Shown here: positions 34,136-45,003 of the stretch, piece by piece | Layout: the number at the start of each line of letters is the position of its first letter | Position numbering within the stretch: the stretch's first letter is position 1 | NCBI GenBank assembly: GCA_008690995.1 | Contig: VRMN01000001.1 | Coordinates: 2,294,001-2,358,000, forward strand | DNA: 64,000 nucleotides | Reading direction: 5' to 3' | Source: Porphyridium purpureum | Taxonomy: Eukaryota | Notes under the pieces: model-generated | The model's input: the letters and a program-made list of their open reading frames with translations, nothing else | Databases searched by the model: none | What the model was told of the DNA's origin: nothing | Translations under genes and position numbers: made by a program

Positions 34136-34374
34136 ACGAAAATTAAATGAAACAACGCGCCTTGGCTTCTGTGATGGTTGACCAAAGCTGCTTCTCTCTA
34201 TCTCTCACCGAGCCAAATTGGTTAAAATGATGCTCTGGACTCAAAAATCCAAAACGTGATAAAGAATCACGCGGCATCAATCAAATTTAGCGAGCAAAGA
34301 AGCTCGGTTTCCACCTAGGGTGCGAACGTAAGCGCTGCGGCCACGCAGAGATGTTGCGCGTTTATCTCATGCAC

Positions 34375-35107
34375 TTAAGATCTCCCAAATATATCCAGGG
34401 CGAATACTATGAGACTCTCGCTCGTCATCAAATCGCTGGCAGATCCATTTGAAGAGCCCGCCAGGACCAGGCCAGTATCCAACCATTTGACATCGTGTAC
34501 TTGCATGTCAAGGGCAGCCAAAATGTCTTCTACGACTATCTCCATCTCCGGCTCTACTGCTGCGTGCGTGATTTCTGATTGATAGACGGACCAATTGGCG
34601 TCCATCGCGAACGTTCTCGCACATTCAGGCACCGCGCGGATATCGACGGAGAAGAACCAGATGAGCAGCAAAAGGTGGATGATTTGAGCTTGGCGTGATG
34701 TTCGAGCGCGTGAAGCCAATATTTTGCTCTGTGCGGCTTGACGAAACAAGTCATCCAATGCCGCGACTCTTCCGCCCTCAACCTTTTCGCTCTCCCACAT
34801 GGATCATCCCAGTTTTCAGAGAGAAAGATGACCGAATCGAAAACGGCTTTGTGTGTAGAATCACTCACCGTGCAAAAAGATGAACATACGAAACAATGTT
34901 CGAAATGACGCAAATGCTTGGTCTAGAATCCGGCATTTGTTGCTCAAAGCTACGCGCCTCGCTGTTCATCAATCTCATCAGTTCCTCGCGGGATTTCCGA
35001 AAATGAGGCTTTTGCAATGCACCGCTAGTGGCATGTGTGAGAAGTCTGGGACCATGAGAGTATGCACTTCCCCTTTCCTCGATACGAATATACGAGAACA
35101 AAGCCAA
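34375..35107 (-). CDS. Possible small hypothetical gene (two ORF pieces, perhaps joined by an intron)
   Basis: ORFs 34865-35107 and 34375-34800 look protein-like. There is a GTGAGT donor at 34868, but the acceptor is unresolved. Confidence 0.35.
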
Positions 35108-35155
35108 AAGTCACTACCACGGGTAGATCAACGCGAAGGGGCCGGGTCCGATTTT

Positions 35156-36949
35156 TCACGAGAGCGGCGTCGTGCTCGCATCTTCTGCTTCGCAACTACG
35201 TGCTTGGAAGCGGACATATCGAGCGAGACTTGTGCCCGCATACTTTTTGCAAAAGTCGAGATCATTCGGGAAGCACAGTGCGTTCATAGTCACGCGCTTC
35301 CGCAGTCCCAGGCTTAACAAAAACTTCCAACGGGGCATGAGCCGTTTCTGAATGCTGTAGTTGAGCAAGCTTGGGTACTTCAGGACGAAGGCGACCATGT
35401 CATGCTCGTTCACAAGTTTCGCATCGTCGCGAAAAAATGAGAGCTTGGGAAGCACGTTAGTCTCCCAACTCACAGCAAGCGCACTGGGATTCTTGCTGAT
35501 GAGCAGTGCCACATCTCGGGTTGAAAAGCCAAGACTGCGCCAGTTTCCTACGCGCTCTTGTAATGTTGCCAGCGAAAGACTCATGAGCGCTGGCTGCCGC
35601 GCAAACGCGCGCACTGACTGAGCTTTCGTGAGACCAAGGACCTCCTCGAAGAACTTGCGCCTGGGTTCCAGATTGGCCTCAATGTTCAACCCAAACACAA
35701 AAGGCGAGCTCTGGCATAGTGCCAAAATTTGCTTTTCGCTCATCCCAAGTTCACTCTTTAGGTAGGTGACCTTGGGTTGTAAGCTCTTCGATATACTGCA
35801 CGCTAGAATGAAAGGATGCCGTACTACAAGCGCAGCAAGCCTCTCCGGTGGCACGCCCAGTTCCAGAAAGAAATGAATCTTAGACTCGAGTCGAGCGGCG
35901 CTCAAACACAGCAAAGTTGGGTATGCCATCAAAACTTTTCCTACATCAGATGAAGGCAAATTTAGCTGCTTCATACATACATCGCAAAACTCTTGCAACC
36001 GTGCTGTTAAATCCCGGCTTAGCAGAAATGGAACCCGCTCAACAACTTTCCCGTATGCTGCTGGTTGACAACCAAAGACGCCGGTGAAAAAGACAAAGTT
36101 TTCCCGCTTCCATTCTGTTTGTGTGACAATGTCTTTGTACTGCTTGGCCATACGATAGGCCTGTGCCTTGCTCAAAATACCTTCTCCGAGCAATTTTTCA
36201 AGAGTCGTTCCCTTTCGTACGGCAATTTTCTTCGAGTTTCCTGCCGCGCGCTGCAACAATGCAACTTTCGATGACACGGCATCGGGTTTACGCTTCTGAT
36301 GAAATCCGTTCGAAAGGTAGCGAGCACGCGCTTGCGCCGCATCGCGATTTTCGAGCATGAGTGCATTGTTCTCAGAATCAACAGCGACTTCCATTTTCTG
36401 TGGCTTCCTTCCCGCACCGTGTTGCACAGCTGGATGCGTCAATGGTCCACGAGACGCCATGACCGCGGCGCTTCGAACATCGTCTCTGCGCGTGCCTTTG
36501 ACATCCGTCAGCCTCTGCGAGGCTTTCGTGGGTAACCGTGAGGATGTTCCCGCTGTATTCACTTGCTTCGACTTTTTCAAGCTTTCGAGACCTACACTGA
36601 CGAGCACGTCGACTGCTGGTGACGGGAGTGCCGCCTGCGGCATATTTTTGTGTGATTTCCGCACGGCGAGTGTGGCTGTGATCGCAGGCATTGGCGTCGC
36701 GCTCGACGTTTTCAATGCCTCACCGACGCTCCGACTATCCACCGCTGGACTTCCAAGCGCAACTGCACACACCACAGACAGCCTGGTGCACGGCATGGCG
36801 GCGGCATCGCGCGGGCCCCGCACGCGAACAGCGGACGTGGAGCTGCTGCTGCAAGACGCAACACCGCATGGCACGCAAACATACGCACATGCCGCGCCAC
36901 GCGCTTCACCGTGCTGCGGCATCGACGCAGGAGCCTGGCTGGACGCCAT
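35156..36949 (-). CDS. mTERF: mTERF family protein (organellar)
   Basis: About 30-35 aa repeats of the type ..YPTLLCLS..LESKIHFF..LG, HPFILACSI..LQPKVTYL, YPSLLNYSIQKRLMPR. The start is uncertain (36949 or 37009). Confidence 0.92.
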   Translation of the reverse strand: MASSQAPASMPQHGEARGAACAYVCVPCGVASCSSSSTSAVRVRGPRDAAAMPCTRLSVVCAVALGSPAVDSRSVGEALKTSSATPMPAITATLAVRKSHKNMPQAALPSPAVDVLVSVGLESLKKSKQVNTAGTSSRLPTKASQRLTDVKGTRRDDVRSAAVMASRGPLTHPAVQHGAGRKPQKMEVAVDSENNALMLENRDAAQARARYLSNGFHQKRKPDAVSSKVALLQRAAGNSKKIAVRKGTTLEKLLGEGILSKAQAYRMAKQYKDIVTQTEWKRENFVFFTGVFGCQPAAYGKVVERVPFLLSRDLTARLQEFCDVCMKQLNLPSSDVGKVLMAYPTLLCLSAARLESKIHFFLELGVPPERLAALVVRHPFILACSISKSLQPKVTYLKSELGMSEKQILALCQSSPFVFGLNIEANLEPRRKFFEEVLGLTKAQSVRAFARQPALMSLSLATLQERVGNWRSLGFSTRDVALLISKNPSALAVSWETNVLPKLSFFRDDAKLVNEHDMVAFVLKYPSLLNYSIQKRLMPRWKFLLSLGLRKRVTMNALCFPNDLDFCKKYAGTSLARYVRFQARSCEAEDASTTPLS

Positions 36950-37031
36950 GGCGTCCTCGACCAATGCGTCCGTGTCTGTGGACGTCAGAAAGCGGGCGGC
37001 ATCCCTCATTCCCCTTGTCACCCACCATATA

Positions 37032-38580
37032 CAGTCCTGGCCAAGTTAGTTGTCCCACAGGATTAAATGAAGTTTTTTGTGAATAACTCGGCTTTTCGAC
37101 TAGGTTGTCGTCTGTTTTGATGGCACGAAAAGAATCAGCGGCACGGAAAATGGGTAGGGGCGTCCAAAGGTATCGTAGAACAAAACGACAGGTGTGAGAA
37201 GTGCCGAAAAAGAGAAAAATAATAAAACAGGTTGATGAGGACGAACACGCTTATGAGAAGAGATTTAACTGTAGTAACGAAACTAGTACTTGGTTTGACG
37301 GCCACCGGCGTCGATGCAAGCTTGCAGGCGACGGGGCATGCTCTCGAAAAGTGCCTCAACATATTTTGGCGCTTCCGTTCGCCAGCAGTCATAGATAACT
37401 GGAAGCATGTCATCGAGGCGCATAAACTGGCGTCCTTGCCAATGCACACGGCGAGAAACGATCGCCCACAGATTCTCAACTGGATTCAAGTCCGGCGACC
37501 GCGCTAGCCGATCAAGTAGTGCGATTCCAACCGTGTCAAACAGCTCGCGCGTGCTCAGCGCTGCATGTCCGGGCGCATTATCTTGCTGAAATATGAATGG
37601 ACAATCCGGCTGATCAAGGCGCCAAGGCAGTTCCAGTGCCCAGGGCATTATGACGTTCAGCATAACCTGCCGATATCGCTCGGCATTCAGCGAGCCTTGA
37701 ACACGATGCAACGTACTCAGTCCGTACCACGACATGGCACCCCAAAACATTGCGGATCCTCCGCCACTATGGCGACGCATGGTTGGCGCGGGCTCAGGGC
37801 CTCGCGTTCGCTGATAAGTCTTGTTGTACCCGTGTGGCCCGTCCAGCCGAAAGATCTTTTCATCCGAGAAGATGACATTCTTCCAAAACGATAGCGGCTT
37901 GTGAACGTATTCTCGAGCAAATGCAAGCCGCTTGACTCGGTTCTTTTCCGAAATGAAGAACTTTCGCCTCTGCGCGATAATACGAACCTCTGGTGATCTC
38001 TGCAGGATACGACGAACAGTTCTCGCACTGCACGCAAGCTGCAGCTCCGTCACTGCCTGTGCAGACGTCAACCTATCCGTAATGACGTGCCGAATCAGGC
38101 GACGCTCCAATTTCGGCGATATTGTCCGTGCCGGTCCGGGCTTCTTGAAAACCCTCTTCTTGCCTCGATTCTTCAGAAATCGCTCCACAGTCTTGTACGA
38201 TGGTCGAGTCTTGTCTGGTCGCGGACGAAGACGTGCTGCAATGGCCTGCGGCGTCAGACAGAGCCGGTGCAGAGCGTCAATCTGCCCTTTCTCGAAGTCG
38301 GAGAGCCGTGGTGCCATGTTTCCGATGCTTGCGGTTGCTGGACTTGGTCGCGATCGTATGCCCGAGTGCAGTAGATGCGTTAGTCTTCTTTCACATGTCT
38401 TGAACCCCTTCATGGCCTCATGGGGTCCCGCAAAAGCGCGCGCTTACCTCTGACATGGTGAACAAAAATATGTTAAAAAAGGTATAAACATTGATTTCAT
38501 ATGAAAACGCTCGTTTTTACTATAAAACTGGAGTTCAGACCTTGAAATTGCACCTGGGACAACCATCTTGGCCAGGAGTG
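37032..38580 (-). mobile_element. Complete Tc1-family DNA transposon (1549 bp) with 26-bp TIRs and TA target-site duplication
   Basis: Left TIR CAGTCCTGGCCAAGTTAGTTGTCCCA (37032-37057) versus reverse complement of the right TIR CACTCCTGGCCAAGATGGTTGTCCCA (38555-38580): 23/26 identical. TA at 37030-31 and 38581-82. Confidence 0.95.
37283..38317 (-). CDS. Tc1 transposase (DD34E)
   Basis: N-terminal HTH with PGPAR linker; IFSDEK, FQQDNAPGH and SPDLNPVENLW, with 34 residues between the second D and the E; C-terminal SMPRRL..CI...G..TKY. Confidence 0.96.
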   Translation of the reverse strand: MAPRLSDFEKGQIDALHRLCLTPQAIAARLRPRPDKTRPSYKTVERFLKNRGKKRVFKKPGPARTISPKLERRLIRHVITDRLTSAQAVTELQLACSARTVRRILQRSPEVRIIAQRRKFFISEKNRVKRLAFAREYVHKPLSFWKNVIFSDEKIFRLDGPHGYNKTYQRTRGPEPAPTMRRHSGGGSAMFWGAMSWYGLSTLHRVQGSLNAERYRQVMLNVIMPWALELPWRLDQPDCPFIFQQDNAPGHAALSTRELFDTVGIALLDRLARSPDLNPVENLWAIVSRRVHWQGRQFMRLDDMLPVIYDCWRTEAPKYVEALFESMPRRLQACIDAGGRQTKY

Positions 38581-38891
38581 TAACCCGACTCACCCTGCAA
38601 ACCCTTGTCCGTCGTCGGCCTGTCTAGAACCCAAAGAAAACTTGATCTGGACGCGTAATGTGAGGTACAGTCAGGAGAAACCCTACAAACGATGTAACAT
38701 GTGATCATAGTAAATTGGGCCTGTTTAGACGTAGCGAATGGTTTATGGGTTACCCTAACTGGAGCACGCGCAGCTGCTGCTTGTGCTGCAATGCTTCTCC
38801 GGTAAGCCGGGAACGGCATTGTCGCAGATGAGAGAAGAAATGTGGAATGAACGCAAGTCCTTGAGCTTGGACGCAGCGGATCAGACCCGAA

Positions 38892-41045
38892 TTAAAACAG
38901 CCTCGCACGGCCAGCTGCCGCCCCGCTCGCGGCGGCGGCTGAGGAAGGCGCAGACGCATTATTGGCCGCCTGGCTCGCGCCGGACCATTCCTGGAATTTG
39001 CCCGGTCGGCACAGCTCGCAGTACAGGTCACGCGGTTTGGTTTCGAGAAAGTAGTACGTTTGAGTGAGTGGCATTGAGCACCGCGCACATGTAAAGCACG
39101 TCCTGTGCCACGGCTTGTCCCGAGCGGTAACCACTGTGTCCGTGATGGCCAAAGAACAGCGTGTGCACTTCGGCGCAGCATGCGCTGCGTAGCAGCCGTC
39201 GCATAATGGCCGGTGCATCGCATCATTCGACGTGCGGAAGCGGGTCTGGAGCGCGAGCGATTTGCGACACAAGGAGCACTGGAAACAGTCATTATGGAAT
39301 GACTGGTTCAGAGCCTTGGTGTACAGGGTGTCTGGTACGATTGCACGCTTGCAAGCAAAGCACACCACCTGCTTTCCACCTCCGCTGCCGCTGGTGCTGC
39401 CCGCGTCTGCGGCAGCGGAACGCTGCGAACTCGCCACATTCTCAGCAGATGACGGCTCGGACGACGACGACGGCGGTGGTGGTGATGACGACGACGACGA
39501 CGCTGGCGGCGCGGCCGCCACTGCCGCTTTTGCAACGGACCCTCCAGTCGCGGCGTTTTTGCCCTTCTTACTCTTGACCTTCTTCGCGTTGCGCGCCTTC
39601 TCCTTTGCCGATGTGGACGCAGACTGAGCCTTGCCGCTGCTCGCATCCGAAGGTAGGCCACCGAGCGCTTTTTTGTGATTCGATGACGAGGATGGCGACA
39701 TTTCAGCTGCCTTTGCTTGCTCTATCGCTTTGACCATCTCCCGTTTCTCGCGGACTGCCTGTTCGATGCGCAGACGATGGGCTTCCTTATTTCCGGCCTC
39801 AGCCGCCAGCCACTCCTTGCTCGGATTTTGCGCCTTTTCCGCCAAGGCCGAACGGACTGACTGCAAAGATGGTTCCGCTGTAAAGGCCTCCCAGTCCCTT
39901 GCGTGTGGGCGCGGTTTAAAATACACAGGCGGTGCCGATTTAGGCTTGTCCACGGACACGTACATGGTGCATTTCTCATCTTCTCGCGCGATGATGCAGA
40001 ATGAGGACTGATTTTGACCGTAGTGGCGCAGCACTTTGATGGACAGAATTGCCGCGGCGGGATCGTCTTCACTCAAGCTCAAACTCAATTTTTGCTCAGC
40101 CGTATCACAATGAAGAGAGACACTTCGTGTTTCTCCATCCGCGCAACTGTTCAAAATGCACAGCTTGTAGTCAGAGCGAAGCAGGAATGAAAATGTTTCT
40201 GCGCGGCTTCCTTCACCAGTAGGCACTAATTCCAGACGTGCGGGAGCACAACTGCCCGCGTCACACTCGTCCACTGGGAAAAGCGAAGAAGCTGCCGCCA
40301 AATACAAACCATGAGGCAGGCGCAGTCGGCAGGTCAGGTCCAGCCGTGAGACGCACTCCAGTAAGGCCTGCACGGGGTGCAAAAGATTTTCCCGGAGACA
40401 TTCGAACTGCGGGTTTTGTCGTAAACTGCGCCAATTCCCGACCGAACCCGGCACAATCTGCGCCTCAAAGCGCTCCCAAGACTTAATATGTGAGACGAAA
40501 AACGGCTCGCCGCGACGATTCGAGGACAAGACGAGACCGTCCTTCTTGGCCTCCGCAAACGAAAAGCGTGGGTGTGCGGCGTTGCCTGATGGCAAAACTT
40601 TAACCAACATGGGCTGATCAGCAGATGAAAATCGCAGCGCCTTTTTCTGGCCGTCAATGGACAGGAAAACGCCCGTTCGAAGATCTTGCACGCACGCCCG
40701 ATATGAGTCTGCGTCTCCAAACACAGCGAAGAAGGACGCTTGCTGCCTGTCACTCACCGCGGTCATTGTGTGTTCCACTGGATGTTCTTGGTTCGCATCG
40801 CCCGGGCCATCGTCTTTGACGACGCAGAGGTAGCGACCATGACAAGACTTGAAGCAACCCACAAATCCTGCAGCTAGCATGCACGCGTGTGCCAAGCTGG
40901 CCCCATCCGAGCCGTAATCCAACGCGACAAATGAGGCCGCCTTGGTTTCATCCTCCGTCCCAGTCGTAGGCTGATTTGCCGAGAGCGGTTCCTCTCTGGT
41001 CTCCACTGTCGCCACCGCTGCCGCTGCCGCTGCTGTAGGCGCCAT
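38892..41045 (-). CDS. Protein with N-terminal fascin-like beta-trefoil repeats and two C-terminal LIM domains
   Basis: FKSCHGRYLCV, SWERFE, LRLPHGLYLAA, AETF and DWEAF (fascin-like); CFAC..FHNDCFQCSLC..CDGC and CTRC..WHRTCFTCARC..CELC (LIM). The LIM domains are secure; the fascin call is by eye. Confidence 0.85.
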   Translation of the reverse strand: MAPTAAAAAAVATVETREEPLSANQPTTGTEDETKAASFVALDYGSDGASLAHACMLAAGFVGCFKSCHGRYLCVVKDDGPGDANQEHPVEHTMTAVSDRQQASFFAVFGDADSYRACVQDLRTGVFLSIDGQKKALRFSSADQPMLVKVLPSGNAAHPRFSFAEAKKDGLVLSSNRRGEPFFVSHIKSWERFEAQIVPGSVGNWRSLRQNPQFECLRENLLHPVQALLECVSRLDLTCRLRLPHGLYLAAASSLFPVDECDAGSCAPARLELVPTGEGSRAETFSFLLRSDYKLCILNSCADGETRSVSLHCDTAEQKLSLSLSEDDPAAAILSIKVLRHYGQNQSSFCIIAREDEKCTMYVSVDKPKSAPPVYFKPRPHARDWEAFTAEPSLQSVRSALAEKAQNPSKEWLAAEAGNKEAHRLRIEQAVREKREMVKAIEQAKAAEMSPSSSSNHKKALGGLPSDASSGKAQSASTSAKEKARNAKKVKSKKGKNAATGGSVAKAAVAAAPPASSSSSSPPPPSSSSEPSSAENVASSQRSAAADAGSTSGSGGGKQVVCFACKRAIVPDTLYTKALNQSFHNDCFQCSLCRKSLALQTRFRTSNDAMHRPLCDGCYAAHAAPKCTRCSLAITDTVVTARDKPWHRTCFTCARCSMPLTQTYYFLETKPRDLYCELCRPGKFQEWSGASQAANNASAPSSAAAASGAAAGRARLF

Positions 41046-41478
41046 GAGAGCGAGCTGTCCACGCAATAACGCAGGAGCCCTTCTTGTCGTTCTCCCTCCT
41101 CTCCACTCCGGCCCGAGAATGCCATCGTATCCACCACCGCCATTACAATTTATCTCGCGACGTCGACAGTACACCCACATAGCACTTAACACATTCTAAC
41201 TAAATAACGCCGTTTTACTACGCACTTTTCAAGACATGGGTACATCAACTTCCCACGGACGTCTGAAGGACTTGACGCGAAAGTAGCTGACGAGAGGAGA
41301 AAAAGGCTTGGGACTGTACTTTCGGCGAACGCTTGGCTCGGCTCGGCTCGGCTGGTCTGGAATGGTATGGAGATACCATCCTGGCGTGTGTATCATCATC
41401 ATGGCATTGGCAACGCAGCACATGTATGTGACGAGGAGGAGCGTCGACTGGAAACGGCGGATACTTTTTTGAGGACAT

Positions 41479-42069
41479 TCACGCCTCCCAGAATCTCCGG
41501 TCGCGCAAAGACTTGTAATGCTTTTGCTTGTCCACCCTCTGCTTACGCGTCCGCTTTCGATTCCGAATCTTGGCGATTTCCTGGCCAATTTTGGACTGCG
41601 CACCTTTAACCATGTGCTCGAGCTTCTCCCACATAATGCGCCGGCCGATCTTGCGGTTCTGATCCAGACTGCGCGTTTCATGACATCGCACCATCAGGCC
41701 CGTTGGACGGTGTTTGAGCTGCACGCAGTTGTTGGACTTGTTGACTGCCTGGCCACCCTTCCCGGAACCGCGGACAAACTTCTCCTCCAGATCGTTTTCA
41801 ATACTTTCTACGCCCAGTCCAATATTTTTCGCCCACTCTGCATCCACAATGGCTGACGGCTCCTGCAGTTCCTCGCCACTCGCATCCTCCATACTATCCT
41901 TGTCCTCACTTTCGTCCGCATCCGATGACTGGCGGTCGCTCATAAAACGCGGTGCGCAGCTCATCATCCAACGCACACTTTCGCGAGGTTTCGGTCTCGC
42001 TCCTGGCACAGTGCCCCACAGCAGATGAGACACGCTCGCCATCTTGCACATGCTGCAGGAGGTTTCCAT
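41479..42069 (-). CDS. MTRFR: Mitochondrial ribosome-rescue peptidyl-tRNA hydrolase (C12orf65/mtRF-R-like)
   Basis: EKFVRGSGKGGQAVNK..NCVQLKH.PTG..VRCHETRS..QNRK followed by a basic C-tail; no codon-recognition domain. Confidence 0.9.
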   Translation of the reverse strand: METSCSMCKMASVSHLLWGTVPGARPKPRESVRWMMSCAPRFMSDRQSSDADESEDKDSMEDASGEELQEPSAIVDAEWAKNIGLGVESIENDLEEKFVRGSGKGGQAVNKSNNCVQLKHRPTGLMVRCHETRSLDQNRKIGRRIMWEKLEHMVKGAQSKIGQEIAKIRNRKRTRKQRVDKQKHYKSLRDRRFWEA

Positions 42070-42248
42070 GTTCCCGGCGCTTTTCCACAGCCGGGCAAAT
42101 ATAGTCGCGACCGGGAATTTGAGGCCTTGACTCCGTAATCCCAGCCGCAACATCGCTGGTCAACCGCCAAACCTTCCCTCCACCTTCGGAGCTCCAGTTG
42201 CTGAGCCATTGAGAAAGGAACTCATTGGTGACCGAGACGGCTACTTGG

Positions 42249-43795
42249 ATGAGCGCATCAGCAGCATTTGGTGCATGGGGTATGGTCATAGACCGCCCCC
42301 ATCGTCATGGGGATTGGATGCGCGCAGCTGCACAAAAGTGTGCCCGCACGGACTCGTCGTGCACGGGCGCACACGCTCCAGACGCGGTCGCGCTGGCCAC
42401 AAGGCGCCGCGACGCGTTCTTTGAAGGATGGTGCGTTCTAGTAGTTCCTCTATGTTGCTGAGTTCGTGGCGTGTGTGTATGGCCGAAGCTAGAGACTAAT
42501 TTGATGGCGTCGCGGTCACTTTGATGGGTTGTTTTCCAGGTATTTTCGTGTTTCCATACCAAGGCACGCGGTGAAACAGGTGCATGGCGACCATTTCGCT
42601 TCCGATCGGGACCAGTCGATCGCGTTCATGTACTCGCACGAGCGACGCGTCGATCCATCTCTGAGTCACATGGATCCTGGACAGGCGGGATGCGTCATGC
42701 AGCTGCTGATGCCCGATGACACTCTGCTGGTGCAGGAGATCAGGGATGCGCCGAATGGCTTCTGGAATCGGAAGTACGGCCTGGACATTGGCCAGTGGTC
42801 AAATATGAGCACAAAGAATACAAGGATGCGCTCTCCTCGTGCACTCAGTCCACGTCTGTTTTTCGAAAATGTCGAGTCGGGGTTTCAGCTGGGGACCCGG
42901 TGGCACCAAGGGCGACTTGTTTGCCCACAATCACACGAGAGTGTATCGTGGAGCTTCAGTGTCGAGCCGCTCTCGTTTTGGGGCCGACGCGGAACAGAGC
43001 GGCCTCGCGACACAGCTTCGTGGCTCGGGCGACTTCCAGGCTTTGATACGGGCTATCAAGTTCTGATGTCGCAGGCACGTGTGAGTGGATACGTACAGCA
43101 CGGAGAGCATTCACGCCTCGAGTTTGAAAACGCAATCGGATACGCAGAGAAAAATTGGGGCCTGACATTTCCATCTAAATGGTTCTGGCTTCAGTGCAGC
43201 CATTTTGAGAATGAGCCAGATGCCTCTTTCACGGCGGTTGGTGCCGTGCGTTCAATCGCTGGAGGAATCGCGGAAACCATTGGCATGATCGCGCTCACAT
43301 TTCGAGGCGAGTTTTATGAGTTTGCGAACTGGAGTGTGGATGAGCGCGGCATGCAATGGGACGTAGCGCCGTGGGGCAGCTGGAAAATGCGTGCCAGTTC
43401 AAAGTCGCACAGTATTGAACTTTGCGCCGACTGTGACTCGGCCGCAGGCACTCGAGTGCTGGGCCCTACGCGTTCTGGTACGTTCATTTTCATTTCCCGG
43501 GACAGCTTGAAGTGTATAGACTCTGGGTTCTCTTGTAGGATGCGAATGCTAACTCTGACTTTTGGCTTTTTCGTTTCATACTGCGGCAGGCATGAAATAT
43601 ACCGTCCGAGATGCGAGTTCTGGCAGGCTGAGACTGACGTTGCTGAGCCACGCTTCTGGCGAGCGACTTGAGTTGCAGTCAAATCTGTGTGCGGTCGAAA
43701 TTGGTGGTGCGCCGTGGGACGATAAGTGGGACGCTTCTATGCGGCCACTCCCACAGGGAATTAGTACTCTGATTCGGGCATTTAATGGAGTCTAG
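42249..43795 (+). CDS. VTE1: Tocopherol cyclase; exons 42249-42430, 42540-43477 and 43590-43795
   Basis: Splicing out GT-AG intron 42431-42539 restores FFEGWYFRV. GYAEKNWGLTFPSKWFWLQC and PWGSW are present. Removing intron 43478-43589 restores the C-terminus (RD..G.LRL..AVEIGGAPW). Confidence 0.93.
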
Positions 43796-43998
43796 TAAAC
43801 GGTGGCGTCGGGTAGATTGCAGTCAAGTGCTCCCGAAAGTGTAGGATTCTAAAGGTCTCTTATTGATTTCCGTTTAGGGTGGTAGCGATCACGTAAAAGT
43901 TTTAGCCCACGATTTACTTCAAGACGATTGACTGTAGGTTTAAGGTTTCGTGACAGCGCCTCCGCGGGAGAATTTCGCAAATTTTCGTCTGCTTTCAT

Positions 43999-44337
43999 TT
44001 AGAGCCCAAACTGGCGCGGCAGCCACAGGATTTGGTCAACGATGCCCGGGTGCTCAGGGTTTGCAATGTTAGTCACAAGCGCCACCACAAAGAAGAACAT
44101 GGCTAGACGTCCGTTCACTCGCTCTGCGTACGCAGACCATCCCGCCTGGCGTGGCAGTTCTTCTGCCTGACGAAGCTGCTCCCTCTGTTTTTGGAGCACG
44201 TTGCTGTTGTCGTCTTTCAGCGCCACGATCGTCCTCGCGTTGCGGCGCGAAACCGGCGACGTCTTGCTAGAAATATTTCTGATCGCGACCTGCGGACGAC
44301 CGGCCACAATACCAACTCCGTGTACGAATGCTGCCAT
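43999..44337 (-). CDS. HLIP: High-light-inducible one-helix protein (HLIP/OHP family), nuclear-encoded
   Basis: MAAFV transit peptide and the chlorophyll-binding motif AERVNGRLAM followed by a single TM helix. Confidence 0.92.
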   Translation of the reverse strand: MAAFVHGVGIVAGRPQVAIRNISSKTSPVSRRNARTIVALKDDNSNVLQKQREQLRQAEELPRQAGWSAYAERVNGRLAMFFFVVALVTNIANPEHPGIVDQILWLPRQFGL

Positions 44338-44473
44338 TTTTCGAATATGCCCTCTCACATTTCCTCGACGAACCTCGGCAAAGCTTATCCTCCTCCCTTT
44401 CGCTACCTTTTCCTTCACACTACTCTGTACTATACTTTCACTTCCTACCCTTCCCCAAGGGCTCAAGGGTCGC

Positions 44474-44873
44474 TTTTATAGACACACACGAGGCGCTGCT
44501 GTGTGCACGTGGGCAAGTCCGTGCCGGTTGAGATGGCGTACCGGTGGAAGTTCTGGAAGCAGCTGTGCTTTGCGTTTGACAAGAAACAGCCCAAACTAAA
44601 ATCCGTTGGCTCACGCACCTTCCACCGTAACGTCCAGTTTCCAGCAAAAAAATCGGGATCGACTCCAGGTGGACCGCACTGTAAGTCGCCTTTTCTGGAA
44701 CGGAAACGACACCCGGACAAACTGGTGGCTGTGCCGAGCCAAGGTGACGTTTGATGCCCAAACCATCCACAAATTGGTGGCTGTGCCGAGCCAAGCTGAC
44801 GTTCGAGGCCCAAACCATCCTCCACCATGTGAGACCATTCCAGCAACATGTCGGCCAGTGATCGGGTATATAA
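44474..44873. promoter_or_regulatory. Candidate bidirectional promoter of the HLIP pair
   Basis: TATAAAA on the minus strand at 44474-44480, TATATAA on the plus strand at 44867-44873, G-box CACGTG at 44506-44511, and a duplicated 52-bp module between them. Confidence 0.6.
44717..44820. repeat. Tandem duplication, 2 x 52 bp
   Basis: acaaactggtggctgtgccgagccaaggtgacgtttgatgcccaaaccatcc followed by acaaattggtggctgtgccgagccaagctgacgttcgaggcccaaaccatcc (4 mismatches). Confidence 0.95.
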
Positions 44874-45003
44874 CCTCGAAAGCACAGCAATCTGAAGGCT
44901 GGAAAAAGTCGAAGAGATAGGAAGATAAGGCAGGGGGAAGAGAAGTAGACGTGTAAGGAAGTGAAGATATTGAGGTGAGAATAGTTTGAGCAGATAACCA
45001 AAG

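Noticed and set aside
38581..38752. TAACCC...GGGTTA inverted ends as a MITE or telomere remnant
   Set aside because: Only a 6-bp match, no TSD and no tandem telomeric array.
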